Assembly: GCA_024278335.1 (NCBI GenBank)
Contig: JAJRTJ010000002.1
Location: 17,008 to 81,007, forward strand
Source of the DNA: an archaeon
GTDB lineage: Archaea > Nanobdellota > Nanobdellia > Pacearchaeales > GW2011-AR1
Direction: 5' to 3'
DNA: 64,000 nt
Below are positions 10,678 to 21,352 of this stretch, one piece after another. Both the position numbers and the translations under genes were made by a program. Positions within the stretch are counted from its first letter, which is position 1. Every line of letters begins with the position of its first letter. Under the pieces are notes generated by a model. The model did not search any database. It saw only the letters and a program-made list of their open reading frames with translations, and was not told the origin of the DNA.

Positions 10678-11571
10678 ATGGCTAATTCAATATATCAATC
10701 CTTGGACTATAAAAAAGCCCTTGTTGCTGCAGGAGAAAAAATCGTTGAAATAGAGCCAGGAGTTTTTGGTTTGGAGATACAAAAGCCTTCTCCCTTATCA
10801 AAAACAAAAAAAATACTGGAGTTTAGAGGGGATTATACTCTTCCCCAACTTCAAAAAATTAAAGAGCTCTCAAAAAAATACTTTTATGTTAAGGTTATGC
10901 CCTGTGTCTTAACTAAAGATCTTTCTGCATTTGATCAGGCCAAGTTTGGCAAAACCTCAAATTATACTATTTTGATTGATTTAACAAAAGAAAAAGAAGA
11001 ACTTTGGAAAAATCTTGAAAAAAAATCTGCCCGTTGGGGAGTAAAATTTGCAGAAAAAAACAAACTTTCTTTTGAACCAATAACTTCTACAAAGGACCTT
11101 AAAGTTTTTTATAAACTTTATAAAGAAACTGCAAAAAAAGGAGGATTTAAGCCTGAGCCAGAAGCATTTGTAGCAACTTTAGCAAATACAAACTCCTCTG
11201 AATTATTCTTAATAAAAAAAGGAAAAGAAATTCTTGCAGGAGGGCTTCTTTTAGTTGATAAATCAAATAATTACTCTATTCTTGATTTAACTGCATCCTC
11301 AGAAAAGGGGCTAAAGCTACAAGCAATGCCCTTTCTTTATTGGAATCTTTTGCTTTATTCTAAAGCCAATTCTCTAAATTTTTTTGACCTTGGGGGCTAT
11401 GATAAAGAAGCAAAAAAAGGAGATAAAACTTATAACATAAACAAATTTAAAGAGAGATTTGGGGGGGAGATAGTAGAACAGCCAGTTTATTCTCCAAACA
11501 AAAAATATACTCTTTTGAGATATTTTTTTAAGCTCTTTAAAAATATTAAGGGATTTTTTAAAAGAAAATGA
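10678..11571 (+). CDS. FemAB-family / GNAT-fold aminoacyl- or acyl-transferase-like protein
   Basis: The size and the GGLLLVDKSNNYSILDLTASS...FFDLGG region resemble FemABX-type GNAT transferases. This is a weak motif-level call. Confidence 0.35.
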   Translation: MANSIYQSLDYKKALVAAGEKIVEIEPGVFGLEIQKPSPLSKTKKILEFRGDYTLPQLQKIKELSKKYFYVKVMPCVLTKDLSAFDQAKFGKTSNYTILIDLTKEKEELWKNLEKKSARWGVKFAEKNKLSFEPITSTKDLKVFYKLYKETAKKGGFKPEPEAFVATLANTNSSELFLIKKGKEILAGGLLLVDKSNNYSILDLTASSEKGLKLQAMPFLYWNLLLYSKANSLNFFDLGGYDKEAKKGDKTYNINKFKERFGGEIVEQPVYSPNKKYTLLRYFFKLFKNIKGFFKRK

Positions 11572-12596
11572 AAACACTCATGATTGGGCTTACTTCTCCT
11601 TTAGATGGAGGGAGCCAGAGACATATTTATGAACTATCATCAAACATTCCAAACTGCGAAGTTTTAACTCAAAGAGGAACACTCTGCAAAAACAAAATCA
11701 CCCTTCCAATAATATCAAAACCCTCTTTCCTAATGAACCTCTCCTTTTTCTTTGTCGCATTGATCTATTCTATAAAACTTCTCTTTTTTAAAAAACATCA
11801 AATAATTCATATTCACGAAAACCTTTGTTATTTCCTAATCCCTTTACTAAGGATTCGGTATAAAGTGATTGTAACAATTCACGGAATAAATGGGTTTAAA
11901 TTTTATGATAATAAGTTTTTTTGGTTTTTTTTCAAGAGTATGCTTTTAACAGCAAATCAATTAATTGCTGTGAACCTTGAAGATGAGAAACGCCTAAAAA
12001 AATATTTCAAAAAAGTAACTTATCTTCCAAATGGGGTAGATTTAACTCTCTACAAGAAAATCAAACCAAAAATAGAAAACAAAATTTCTTTTATTGGAAG
12101 AATCCATGAACAAAAGGGGGTTGTTTATCTTTTAGAAGCATTTTCAAAAATAGTAAAAAAATTCCCCTCTTTTAAACTTGAATTAATTGGAGAGATAAAT
12201 GATTATGCTAAGCAACTTCAGAAAAAATTTCCAAGTAAAAAGATTGTTTGGAGAGGCGCAATTTCTGATAGAAAAGAGATCATAAGGTCGCTTAAATCTG
12301 CTTATTGCATTGTGCTTCCAAGTTTGTGGGAGGGATTGCCGCTTACACTTTTTGAATCACTTGCTACAAAAAGACCCGTAATTCTTTCAGATATTCCTGC
12401 ATTTAAATCAGTAATAAAAGATCAAGCTCTTTTTTTCAAGGTTAAAGATTCGCAAGACTTGGCAAATAAGCTTCAGGAAGTCATTAAAGACAAAATAAAA
12501 GCAAATGCCTTAGGAGAAAAAGGGGAAAAGTTATCCCGACAATACACTTGGAAAAAGATTGCTAAAAAATTAGAAGAGGTTTATGAAAATGTCTAA
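11568..12596 (+). CDS. family 4 glycosyltransferase
   Basis: Contains the EGLPLTLFESLATKRPVI EX7E motif. Confidence 0.65.
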   Translation: MKTLMIGLTSPLDGGSQRHIYELSSNIPNCEVLTQRGTLCKNKITLPIISKPSFLMNLSFFFVALIYSIKLLFFKKHQIIHIHENLCYFLIPLLRIRYKVIVTIHGINGFKFYDNKFFWFFFKSMLLTANQLIAVNLEDEKRLKKYFKKVTYLPNGVDLTLYKKIKPKIENKISFIGRIHEQKGVVYLLEAFSKIVKKFPSFKLELIGEINDYAKQLQKKFPSKKIVWRGAISDRKEIIRSLKSAYCIVLPSLWEGLPLTLFESLATKRPVILSDIPAFKSVIKDQALFFKVKDSQDLANKLQEVIKDKIKANALGEKGEKLSRQYTWKKIAKKLEEVYENV

Positions 12597-13323
12597 ATTA
12601 GTTATTTCAATTGATGTTGAACCAGACCTCCATACAAGGGAGTATCTTGGAATAACCCAAGGACTCAAAAGAGCAGAGACTCTTTTTAACAAACATCAAA
12701 TTAAACCAATTCTTTTTGTAACTTGTGATTGTATAAAAAAATATCCTGAATTATTCCAAAAGTGGAAAAAAATCGGCTGGGAAATCTCGCTTCATGGATA
12801 TGAACATCAAAGATTTGATAATCTCTCAAAAAAACAAAAGCAGGTTCAAATTCAGAAAGCACTAAGATGCTTTAAGAAATATCTCAAGATAAAGCCAAGA
12901 GGATTTAGAGCACCCCAGCATTCAATAGATTCAGAGACTCTCGATATACTTGAAAAATATCAGTTTGAATATGATTCTTCTTCAACTCCAAGAAACTTGC
13001 TTCAGCTTTTCTTTTTTCCATTAAAATTCAAGTCCTGGTTTAAAGATTTTTTTTCTCCAATAAATCCCTATAAAATTAGAAAAAATCTTTTAGAAAGGCC
13101 TGTAGCCTCTTGTATAATTCCTTTTGTTTCTTTACCTTTAAGAATATCCTATCCTCTTTCTAAGGCACTTTATTTTTTGCTCAATATAACAAGAAAAAAA
13201 GAGATAATGTTTTATTGCCATTCTTGGGATTTTATAGAATTGCCTAAAAGCAAAACAGATAAAGTCTTTAGCCATGAAAGATTTATTAAAAACTTAGACA
13301 AACTTTTATCAAACATAAAATGA
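12583..13323 (+). CDS. NodB-type polysaccharide deacetylase (CE4-like)
   Basis: Motif 1 VISIDVEPD (the D-E pair) and motif 2 LHGYEHQ (H-x3/4-H) of the NodB homology domain. Confidence 0.5.
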   Translation: MKMSKLVISIDVEPDLHTREYLGITQGLKRAETLFNKHQIKPILFVTCDCIKKYPELFQKWKKIGWEISLHGYEHQRFDNLSKKQKQVQIQKALRCFKKYLKIKPRGFRAPQHSIDSETLDILEKYQFEYDSSSTPRNLLQLFFFPLKFKSWFKDFFSPINPYKIRKNLLERPVASCIIPFVSLPLRISYPLSKALYFLLNITRKKEIMFYCHSWDFIELPKSKTDKVFSHERFIKNLDKLLSNIK

Positions 13324-14450
13324 AAATACTGGAACTAACAAATTATTCTGCAGGAGCATGCGGGGTTTGGCAAAGAGCAAAACAAGAATCAATAGAACTC
13401 TCTAAGTTAGGACATGAAGTTAAAATTTTTACTTCTAATTTAACAAAGGGGTCTGAAGAGATAGTTCCTCCAAAAGACTCTATTGGAAAAATTCAAATTC
13501 AGAGATTTCCTGGAAAAAAGCTCGGGGGAGAGAGTTTTATCTCCTGGAATTTTGAGCAAGCATTCTTAGATTTCAGTCCTGATTTGGTTATCGCACATTC
13601 TTATCGGCACTTGCACACAACAAAAGCAATAAAACTCGCAAAAAAAATCAACGCAAAAATATTCTTAGTAACCCACGCCCCCTTTATTGAAGGAAATGCA
13701 ACTCGCTCTTTTTTTCAAAAACTCGTTGTTAATTTTTATGATTTTTTCATTGGTCCTAAAGTTCTTAAAAAATTTGATAAAATAATTACCATCGCTCGCT
13801 GGGAAGAACCTTATCTAAAAAAACTTGGAGTAAAAAGAGAAAAAATCCTTTATATCCCAAATGGAATTCCAGACGAATTTTTCAAAAACAAAGTAAAACC
13901 CCTTAAAGGAAAAACTGTTTTGTTTTTAGGGAGAATTCATCCAATAAAAAATCTTGAACTTTTAATTAAAGCTTTTTCTAAAGCTAAGCTAAAATTTTCT
14001 CAATCTAAACTTTTACTTGTTGGACCAGAAGAAGCAGAATACAAGCAACAACTTCAATTATTAATTGGAAAAGACCCTTCCATAAAGTTCCTTGGTCCAA
14101 TTTATAATCTTAAGAAAAAAATAAACAAACTTCAGGAAGCAGATATTTTTGTTTTGCCAAGTAAGAGAGAGGCAATGCCCCAGGCACTTTTAGAGGCAAT
14201 GGCTTTGGGAAAAATAGTAATTGCATCAAAAACTCAAGGAGCCAAAGAAATCATTACTAATCAGCAAAATGGGTTTCTCTTTGAGATAAACAATGAAAAA
14301 GAACTTGTTGAAAAACTTTCTTATTGCTTAGATAAGAAACACTTAAAATCTCTTAAACCCATTCATATTCAAGCAAGAAAAACTGCAGAGGACTTTAAAT
14401 GGGGAAAACTAATAAAAAAACTTCAAGACGAAATCCAGAAATTTCAATAG
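13320..14450 (+). CDS. family 4 glycosyltransferase
   Basis: Contains the REAMPQALLEAMALGKIVIAS EX7E motif. Confidence 0.65.
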   Translation: MKILELTNYSAGACGVWQRAKQESIELSKLGHEVKIFTSNLTKGSEEIVPPKDSIGKIQIQRFPGKKLGGESFISWNFEQAFLDFSPDLVIAHSYRHLHTTKAIKLAKKINAKIFLVTHAPFIEGNATRSFFQKLVVNFYDFFIGPKVLKKFDKIITIARWEEPYLKKLGVKREKILYIPNGIPDEFFKNKVKPLKGKTVLFLGRIHPIKNLELLIKAFSKAKLKFSQSKLLLVGPEEAEYKQQLQLLIGKDPSIKFLGPIYNLKKKINKLQEADIFVLPSKREAMPQALLEAMALGKIVIASKTQGAKEIITNQQNGFLFEINNEKELVEKLSYCLDKKHLKSLKPIHIQARKTAEDFKWGKLIKKLQDEIQKFQ

Positions 14451-15325
14451 TTATAACCTCTTTTAATGAACCAAAAACAATTGGAAAGGCAATAAAATCC
14501 TTTCTTGACCAAGACCTTCTCTCTTATGAATTAATTGTTTCTGCCCCAGATAAACCCACTCTTGAAGTTGCAAAAAGGTTTCAAAAGCGAAATTCACAGA
14601 TAAAACTCTTCAAAGACCCTGGAAAAGGGAAATCTTACGCATTAAATCTCCTTCTTCCAAAATTAAAAGGGGAAATAATCATTTTAAGCGATGGAGATTG
14701 TTTTGTCTCTCCAAAATCAGTTTATCATTTATTACAGCCCTTTAAAAGCAAGAAAGTTGGATGTGTTACTGGAAGACCTGTTTCTTTAAATAAAAAAGAC
14801 AACATGTTTGGTTTTTGGTCACACCTTCTTTGTGATGCTGGTGCACACACTCTTAGATTAAAACGTCATAAAAAATGCGAGTTTATAGAGTGTTCTGGAT
14901 ATCTTTGGGCATTTAGAAACAATGTCATAAAAAAATTTCCCCTTGATGTTGCAGAAGACACAATTGTTCCAATTTTATTTCATCAAAAAGGCTATCAAAT
15001 AGCTTATGCTCCTGAAGCAAAGGTCTTTGTAAAATACCCAGACAATTTAAAAGAATTCATTGAACAAAAAAAGAGAACCTCTAAAGCACATCTTTCTCTT
15101 GAAAAACATTTTGATTTAAAAAAAATCCCCAGAATGAAAACATTCAAAGGAGAAGTTCTTGGAGGTCCAAAGCTTTTCTTTTACCCTAAAAAAATAAAGG
15201 AGTTCTTTTGGATACTTGGATTGTTCCCAACAAGGCTTTACATCTGGGCGCTTTCTTCGTTCCAGTCAAAAATCCAAAAAAAGCATTATTCTGACGGATG
15301 GAAAAGGATTGAGAGCACTAAATAA
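14399..15325 (+). CDS. family 2 glycosyltransferase
   Basis: ISIVITSFNEPKTIGKAIKSFLDQ and a DGD motif (ILSDGDC). Confidence 0.65.
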   Translation: MGKTNKKTSRRNPEISIVITSFNEPKTIGKAIKSFLDQDLLSYELIVSAPDKPTLEVAKRFQKRNSQIKLFKDPGKGKSYALNLLLPKLKGEIIILSDGDCFVSPKSVYHLLQPFKSKKVGCVTGRPVSLNKKDNMFGFWSHLLCDAGAHTLRLKRHKKCEFIECSGYLWAFRNNVIKKFPLDVAEDTIVPILFHQKGYQIAYAPEAKVFVKYPDNLKEFIEQKKRTSKAHLSLEKHFDLKKIPRMKTFKGEVLGGPKLFFYPKKIKEFFWILGLFPTRLYIWALSSFQSKIQKKHYSDGWKRIESTK

Positions 15326-15353
15326 AAACCAATAAAAACCCCTAATTCTTTAA

Positions 15354-16922
15354 TTGCCTATGAATTTTAACCAAATTTTATCTAAAACAAAGCAATATAT
15401 TCAACAAAATTATTTTCTTACTGGAATTATTTTACTGACCTTGGTAATAAGATTCTATTATTTTTTTCTTACTAAAAGCCAGCCAATATGGTGGGATGAG
15501 GCAGATTATCTTAATATGGCTAAATCCTGGGCAGGAATGTATGAATGGAAGACCAGCGCAATAAGACCAATTCTTTTTCCTTTGATATTTAGATTTCTCC
15601 TTTTCTTTAATCTCGGAGAAACTTCTATGAGGATTTTAATTCTTTTAAGTTCTGTTTTTTCTGTTTTTTTCTTATATAAAATTGGAGAATTATTTTTTAA
15701 TAAAAGAACTGGATTAATTTCAGCATTTCTTTTAGCTATTTTCTGGTCATTTACTTTTTACACAAATCGCCTTCTTGTTGATGTGCCTGTTGCATTTCTC
15801 TGGATAATTACAATTTATTTTTTCTTTGCAGCATATTTTAAAGCAAAAGAAACAAAACACTTTATCCTTCCAGGAATACTTCTTGGTTTAGCATTTTTAA
15901 TGAAATTTTCTTCAGTAGTTTTAGTGCCTTTAATTTTCTTTTACCTTGTTTTCACAGAAAAAACAAAGCTTTTCAAGAATATTAAAATATATGTTTTTTA
16001 TCTAACCTCGTTAATAGTAATTTTACCCTATCTAATATGGCAGAAAATTAAATTCGGAAGTTTTATTGCATTTTATACTGCTACACAAGGAGGAGATGTT
16101 GAAAAAGCCCATACTTTTTTTGAGTCATTTTATAATCAAGCACTATTTTCAATAAAGATTCTTGACCCCTCTCCAATTTTAAATACATCTATTTTTCTTC
16201 CTTTATTAGGAATTTTTTTATTTCTTGGAATAGCCCTTGTTTTATTTAGGGTTTTTGTAGTTCCAGAATTAATACTTAAAAAAGCAACATCTCAAAATAA
16301 AGGAACTTTTATTTTCCTCTGGTTGATTTTCGGATGGCTCTTTTTCGGCTGGTTAAATTATGGAGAATATATGGATGAAAGATACTATTTTATTTTTTAT
16401 CCTGCAATGTTTTTATTTGTGGCTTTTGCTTTAGACAGGTCTGCATTATTCTTAAATAAAAAATCAAAAACTTTTTCTGTAATTTTTTTAACATTAATCT
16501 TGTTTATTGCTTTTGCTTCCCACATTCCTTATTCAAGCAACATAATCAAGGCAAAATCTTCTTCTTTTATTGAACTAAGGCAAGCAGGAGAATTTATTAG
16601 AGCAAATACTCCTGAAGATGCTGTAATAATTATTGGAGAAGATTATGCAGAACTCACATACTATACTGAGAGAAGGGCTAATACCGACGGAACTCTTGAT
16701 AATAAAACAGATCTTTTAAATAAAATAAATTCTCTTAAAGCAGAATATCTTGTTATACCTTTATACTACTACCTTTCTCTTCACCACAGCCCAGGACATG
16801 TGGAAGTTATAAATTTTCTTTTTTCAGATAGAAAGAAATTCACTCCTGTTGCAACATTTGGACCAACGATTGATAAAAAGGGTCAATTGCCTCTTGTAAC
16901 TGTTTTTAGGATTAATCACTAA
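15354..16922 (+). CDS. GT-C fold membrane glycosyltransferase (PMT / ArnT-like, GT39/GT83-like)
   Basis: 522 aa with more than 10 TM helices. The first loop carries a WWDEADY motif, the DE motif of PMT/ArnT enzymes. Confidence 0.55.
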   Translation: MPMNFNQILSKTKQYIQQNYFLTGIILLTLVIRFYYFFLTKSQPIWWDEADYLNMAKSWAGMYEWKTSAIRPILFPLIFRFLLFFNLGETSMRILILLSSVFSVFFLYKIGELFFNKRTGLISAFLLAIFWSFTFYTNRLLVDVPVAFLWIITIYFFFAAYFKAKETKHFILPGILLGLAFLMKFSSVVLVPLIFFYLVFTEKTKLFKNIKIYVFYLTSLIVILPYLIWQKIKFGSFIAFYTATQGGDVEKAHTFFESFYNQALFSIKILDPSPILNTSIFLPLLGIFLFLGIALVLFRVFVVPELILKKATSQNKGTFIFLWLIFGWLFFGWLNYGEYMDERYYFIFYPAMFLFVAFALDRSALFLNKKSKTFSVIFLTLILFIAFASHIPYSSNIIKAKSSSFIELRQAGEFIRANTPEDAVIIIGEDYAELTYYTERRANTDGTLDNKTDLLNKINSLKAEYLVIPLYYYLSLHHSPGHVEVINFLFSDRKKFTPVATFGPTIDKKGQLPLVTVFRINH

Positions 16923-17586
16923 AAGGCTTTGCCAAAATAATTATGTCTGTTCCCTTCCCACGATGCCCGGTTTTGTAAGAAACATCAATTTGCTTTCTAA
17001 AAAAAAGTTCTGGATGTAATTTTCTCAAAAAATATTTGTAAAATAAATGTAGCCATAAATTAAACAAACTAAAAATACTCCCCCCCACAAATATCTTTTT
17101 TATTTTAAATCCATTCTTCTCAAGAACTTTTTTTATCCTTTTTTCACTATATTCTCTCTCATGTTGCACCCAGGTAATTGGACTAAACACATTAAACCAT
17201 CTTTTTTTAGGAACACTTAAAATTAATTTTCCGTCTGACTTTAAAATTCTGCTAATTTCTCTTAAAATAATCCTTTGGTTTTTAAGATGTTCAAGCACAT
17301 CTGTAAAAATTATCTTGTCAAAAGAATTTTTTTTAAATTCTAGTTCTTTTTGTGCGTCTAGACGAACGAATTTTAGCTCTGGAAGAATTTTTCTTGCATT
17401 TTTTATATTTACCTTTTCAATATCTCCACTAACAATCTTTTTACAGCCATATTTTTCAAAAAGAATTTGCTCTATCTTTGGATAAACTCCTGTTCCAATA
17501 ACAAGAATCTTGTCCTGTTTTTTTGGATTAATAAATTCAAGAAGCTTTTTGTTCTTTCCATCAAGAAGGTCTTGTTCATACAACAT
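16912..17586 (-). CDS. class I SAM-dependent methyltransferase
   Basis: Motif I ILVIGTGVYP, followed by GDIE and post-II motifs. Confidence 0.55.
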   Translation of the reverse strand: MLYEQDLLDGKNKKLLEFINPKKQDKILVIGTGVYPKIEQILFEKYGCKKIVSGDIEKVNIKNARKILPELKFVRLDAQKELEFKKNSFDKIIFTDVLEHLKNQRIILREISRILKSDGKLILSVPKKRWFNVFSPITWVQHEREYSEKRIKKVLEKNGFKIKKIFVGGSIFSLFNLWLHLFYKYFLRKLHPELFFRKQIDVSYKTGHRGKGTDIIILAKPFSD

Positions 17587-18718
17587 TTAATATCTCTTTA
17601 ACCTCCTCAACAATTAGTTTTTTTGAATCAAATTTTGAGATATATTTTTTTTGAACATTTAAATTCCTTTTTATTTTGTATCTCTTAGAAAACAGGGCCT
17701 TTTTTCCAAGAGGAATGTATTCAGGAAAAAATGAAAAAAACTCTTTATAATGGGGAAGTTCATAGCAAATTACCTTGCATTTAGAATAAAGTGCTTCTGC
17801 AATAACAATGCCAAATCCTTCTTCATAACTTGGAAAAAAGAAATATTCAGAACTTTTTAGCAGATCAACTTTCTTTTTTTCATCCACAAATCCCAATAAA
17901 GAAATATTTTCTTCTAATTCTCCCTCTTTAATTTTTTTATTTAACTCTTCCTTTTCTGGACCCTCTCCAATAATTTTTAATTTAAATTTAGGGTTTTGTT
18001 TTACAATTTCTTTTATTATCTCTACAAGGTCAAAAATTCCTTTTTGTTTTACAAGCCTTCCAATAAAAAGAGCAGAATTCTTTTTCTTGCCCCAGAATTC
18101 CGCATTTTGGGGTATGCCTCGCGGCATTTTTCTCCCCTTAAACAAAGAAGTATTAATTCCAATTCCTGCAATTTCTATGGGTTTGTCTCCAAGTCTTTTT
18201 TTTAAGATTTTTCTTTCCTCTCCATTGCAAGTAAAAATCAGGTCTGTCTTTTTTTTGATTATGTTGAGTGATTTTCTTTCCTGCATTTTTACTAAGAAAT
18301 TAATTAAATATTCTTTTGGGGATCTTGCTTTTCTTTTTGGAAGAGTGTGAAAAATATAACTAACAACTTTTGTCTTTAAAGGAACATTTTTTAAAGGCAG
18401 AGTATCACAGAAAAAAGGCGTAGAAGAGATAATTAAGTCAAAGTTTTCTTTTTTTATAACTTTAGATGCTTGTTTTGCCCGGGAAAAATATGTCCCAATT
18501 AAATCAAACTTTCCAATGATTTTCTCTCTATCCTTTAGAACAATTTTTTTAACTCTTTTTAATTGATTTAATCTCGCTCTGATTTCTCGTGCATTCTCGG
18601 GGATGGTTACAGAAACCTCTGTTTTTTTAGAGAGTTCTTTAATAACATTAAGGATATGGACATCTCCCCCAGAAATAGAATCTCCAAAACCGGAATTAAA
18701 TAAAACAAGGATTTTCAT
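17576..18718 (-). CDS. family 4 glycosyltransferase
   Basis: C-terminal EEGFGIVIAEALYSKCKVI EX7E-type motif and GT-B length. Confidence 0.6.
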   Translation of the reverse strand: MKILVLFNSGFGDSISGGDVHILNVIKELSKKTEVSVTIPENAREIRARLNQLKRVKKIVLKDREKIIGKFDLIGTYFSRAKQASKVIKKENFDLIISSTPFFCDTLPLKNVPLKTKVVSYIFHTLPKRKARSPKEYLINFLVKMQERKSLNIIKKKTDLIFTCNGEERKILKKRLGDKPIEIAGIGINTSLFKGRKMPRGIPQNAEFWGKKKNSALFIGRLVKQKGIFDLVEIIKEIVKQNPKFKLKIIGEGPEKEELNKKIKEGELEENISLLGFVDEKKKVDLLKSSEYFFFPSYEEGFGIVIAEALYSKCKVICYELPHYKEFFSFFPEYIPLGKKALFSKRYKIKRNLNVQKKYISKFDSKKLIVEEVKEILNVV

Positions 18719-19500
18719 TTTCTATATCCAATAATCTTTTTAATTATTTTATAAATTGCTCTTGGAATTTTTGGAATTAATTTAATTAATTTCCATCTCT
18801 TTGGAGGCATTTCCCCTGCCCCCTGTTTCCACACAAGGTCAAGCAAATAATCTAGATCATATCGGTGGTTATGAAGAACTACAATTGGGACAAAGGCAAC
18901 CTTATGCTTGGCCGCCACTCTCTGGTTAAATTCAAGGTCCTCCCCAGCAGGAATAGAAAACCTCTCACTAAAGTATCCAACCTCTTTAAAGGCTTTTTTT
19001 CTATAAACACAATTATTTGTAAAACCAGTTTTAATTTCTTGCCCCCCAATTTTCTGTGTCTTATAGGAAATTCCCAGCATTTTGTCCTTTATTCCTTCAA
19101 TTTTAGAAATCCAGTTTTTTTGTTTTGCCTGGAGTATCCCTCCTGCACCATAAACTTCTGGATTAGCTCTGAAAAATTTCCAGTAATCTTTAATCCAGTT
19201 GGCAGGAACTAAACAATCATCATCTGTAAAAAAAATTAATTCTCCTTTTGCTTTTTTTATTCCTCTATTTCTTGCTCCTGCAGGACCTTTATTTTCTTTG
19301 TTTTTTATATAAATTATATTTGAGTATCTTTTTTTAAATTTTGCAACAATTTTGTTAGTATTGTCTGGACTAGCATCATTTACAATAATAATCTCGAAAT
19401 CTTTTTTTGGAAAATCGTTTTTTTCTATACTTTCAATTGTTTCAACTAATTTCTCTCCCCTATTATGTGTTGGAATAATAATAGATGCTTTTTTTCTCAT
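18715..19500 (-). CDS. family 2 glycosyltransferase
   Basis: SIIIPTHNRGEKL...EIIIVNDASPDNT and a DDD motif. Confidence 0.65.
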   Translation of the reverse strand: MRKKASIIIPTHNRGEKLVETIESIEKNDFPKKDFEIIIVNDASPDNTNKIVAKFKKRYSNIIYIKNKENKGPAGARNRGIKKAKGELIFFTDDDCLVPANWIKDYWKFFRANPEVYGAGGILQAKQKNWISKIEGIKDKMLGISYKTQKIGGQEIKTGFTNNCVYRKKAFKEVGYFSERFSIPAGEDLEFNQRVAAKHKVAFVPIVVLHNHRYDLDYLLDLVWKQGAGEMPPKRWKLIKLIPKIPRAIYKIIKKIIGYRK

Positions 19501-19550
19501 AAAAGTTTTTTAGCCTCCTTATAAACCTCTTCTACTGTTATGAGCTTCAT

Positions 19551-20540
19551 TTAATCTGCTTGTTTTCTTGAAATTTTTTTTGCCCCATGCATATATGGAG
19601 AAATGCATTTTGGTCTTTTGCAGAGAATTTTTTTGTTTTTTGTATAAGGTCCTGAGTTTTCCCAAGAAGTTGGACCAAACAAAGCAACAACCGGAGTTCC
19701 AACTGCTGCCGCAAGGTGACCCATAATCGTATCGTTTGAAATTACCAATCGCGCTTTCTTAATAATTGCTGCAACTTCTTCAATATTCCCCCTGAATAGA
19801 AAAATTTCTTTGTTCTTTTTTAATTTAGATTCTTTAATTATAGTTTCATTTAATTCTCTTTCTTTAGAACCCCCAACAAGAATAATCTGAATTCCTTTAT
19901 TTTCCTTTAATTTTCTTGTAATTTCTGCAAACCGTTCAACAGGCCATCTTTTTAAATAAAAGTTTTTTGTTGTTCCAGAGCCCGCATGAATAACAACAGC
20001 TCTCTTTATTTTATTTTTTTTAAAATATTTTTCAGCAGATTTTATTGATTTTTTATCAATAGGATTATGCAGTTCTCCTTTAACCTCTCTTTTTCCATTT
20101 AAAAGAGAAATTATTTTAAGATTATTTTCTACGCAGTGAATATTAAACTTTTCTTCTAATGTTTTATGAAAAAAGAATTTATTTAAGTCTATTTTTCTTG
20201 AAGCATAACTAAATCCAATTCTTGTTTTTGCACCAATTAAATAGGAGATAACTGAATAGTGATATCTTGCTTGAGGATAAAAAGTAATTGAAAGGGAATA
20301 TTTATTTTTTCTTAATTTTTTAATGAATTGCAGGGATTTTATAATGCCTTTCTGTTGAAAATTAAAATAAATAACTTTATCAATAAATTTATTGTTTTTT
20401 AAAACACCCTCTGCAGCTTTTCCCTGCATTACTAAATAGTCTATATGTGCTTTTGGATAAATTTTTCTAATCTCTTTTACTGTTGGGGTAGTCATTAAAA
20501 CATCTCCTGCTCCAGATAAGCAAATCAATAAAATTCTCAT
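19551..20540 (-). CDS. family 9 glycosyltransferase (heptosyltransferase-like); paralogue of 3305..4300
   Basis: MRILLICLSGAGDVLMTTPT N-terminus and C-terminal ISNDTIMGHLAAAVGTPVV, the GT9 signature. It is collinear with the other GT9. Confidence 0.55.
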   Translation of the reverse strand: MRILLICLSGAGDVLMTTPTVKEIRKIYPKAHIDYLVMQGKAAEGVLKNNKFIDKVIYFNFQQKGIIKSLQFIKKLRKNKYSLSITFYPQARYHYSVISYLIGAKTRIGFSYASRKIDLNKFFFHKTLEEKFNIHCVENNLKIISLLNGKREVKGELHNPIDKKSIKSAEKYFKKNKIKRAVVIHAGSGTTKNFYLKRWPVERFAEITRKLKENKGIQIILVGGSKERELNETIIKESKLKKNKEIFLFRGNIEEVAAIIKKARLVISNDTIMGHLAAAVGTPVVALFGPTSWENSGPYTKNKKILCKRPKCISPYMHGAKKISRKQAD

Positions 20541-21334
20541 TGAAGTTTCCTCCAGATAAAAGCAGCAAAGGATTTAATCGGTTGAAGGATTTTTTTAAAT
20601 GGAGAATTAACTATTCTAAGATGAGTAACTGCAAGTAATGCTTGGGTGCTGGCCTTTTTTACATTTAAACTGCTTCCTGCAACATCTTTCCAAATTGTGG
20701 GAAATTCTATAATCTTATATCCTGCTTTTTTTAGTTTATAAAGAAGTTCTACATCAAATCCCCACTGAGACATTCCTAAATCATGGACAATTGTTTTTAG
20801 GGGTTCTCTTTTAAAGACCTTGGCTCCGCACTGGGTATCTTTAAAAGGAAGAAACAAAAGACCTCTAATATAGAAATTTCCTGCACGAGAAATAATCCTT
20901 CTTTTTAATGATTGTTTTGGCATCATAATCGCCCCTCTTGCATATCTGCTTGCAATTATCCCTTCTGCTTCTTTTATATTTTCAATTAATTTCCAATATT
21001 CTTCTACACTTGTTGCTTCATCTGCATCAACAAAACCAATTAAGTCATTATCTCTTTTCAAGGCATCTTTAAACCCTTCTGTGACAGCAAAACCCTTGCC
21101 CCCTTTTTTAAAAACAAGAATTCTTAATTCTTTCCATAACTTTTTTACTTTTCTTACTAATTCTTCAGTATTGTCTTTACACGCATTAACAACTACTAAA
21201 ATTTCAAAACCCCTTATTTTTCTTTCTTGTTTCTTTTTTTTAAAAAATTTCAAATATCTTTTTAAAGTTTTGTCAATCCCTCTTTCAGCTTCATTATGTG
21301 CAGGAATTATTGTGCAAATTTTTTCTTTTGGCAT
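20537..21334 (-). CDS. family 2 glycosyltransferase (dolichyl-phosphate hexose synthase-like)
   Basis: ICTIIPAHNE...GFVDADE, a Dpm1-like GT2 layout. Confidence 0.6.
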   Translation of the reverse strand: MPKEKICTIIPAHNEAERGIDKTLKRYLKFFKKKKQERKIRGFEILVVVNACKDNTEELVRKVKKLWKELRILVFKKGGKGFAVTEGFKDALKRDNDLIGFVDADEATSVEEYWKLIENIKEAEGIIASRYARGAIMMPKQSLKRRIISRAGNFYIRGLLFLPFKDTQCGAKVFKREPLKTIVHDLGMSQWGFDVELLYKLKKAGYKIIEFPTIWKDVAGSSLNVKKASTQALLAVTHLRIVNSPFKKILQPIKSFAAFIWRKLQ

Positions 21335-21352
21335 TTTTATAAATAATTCATT

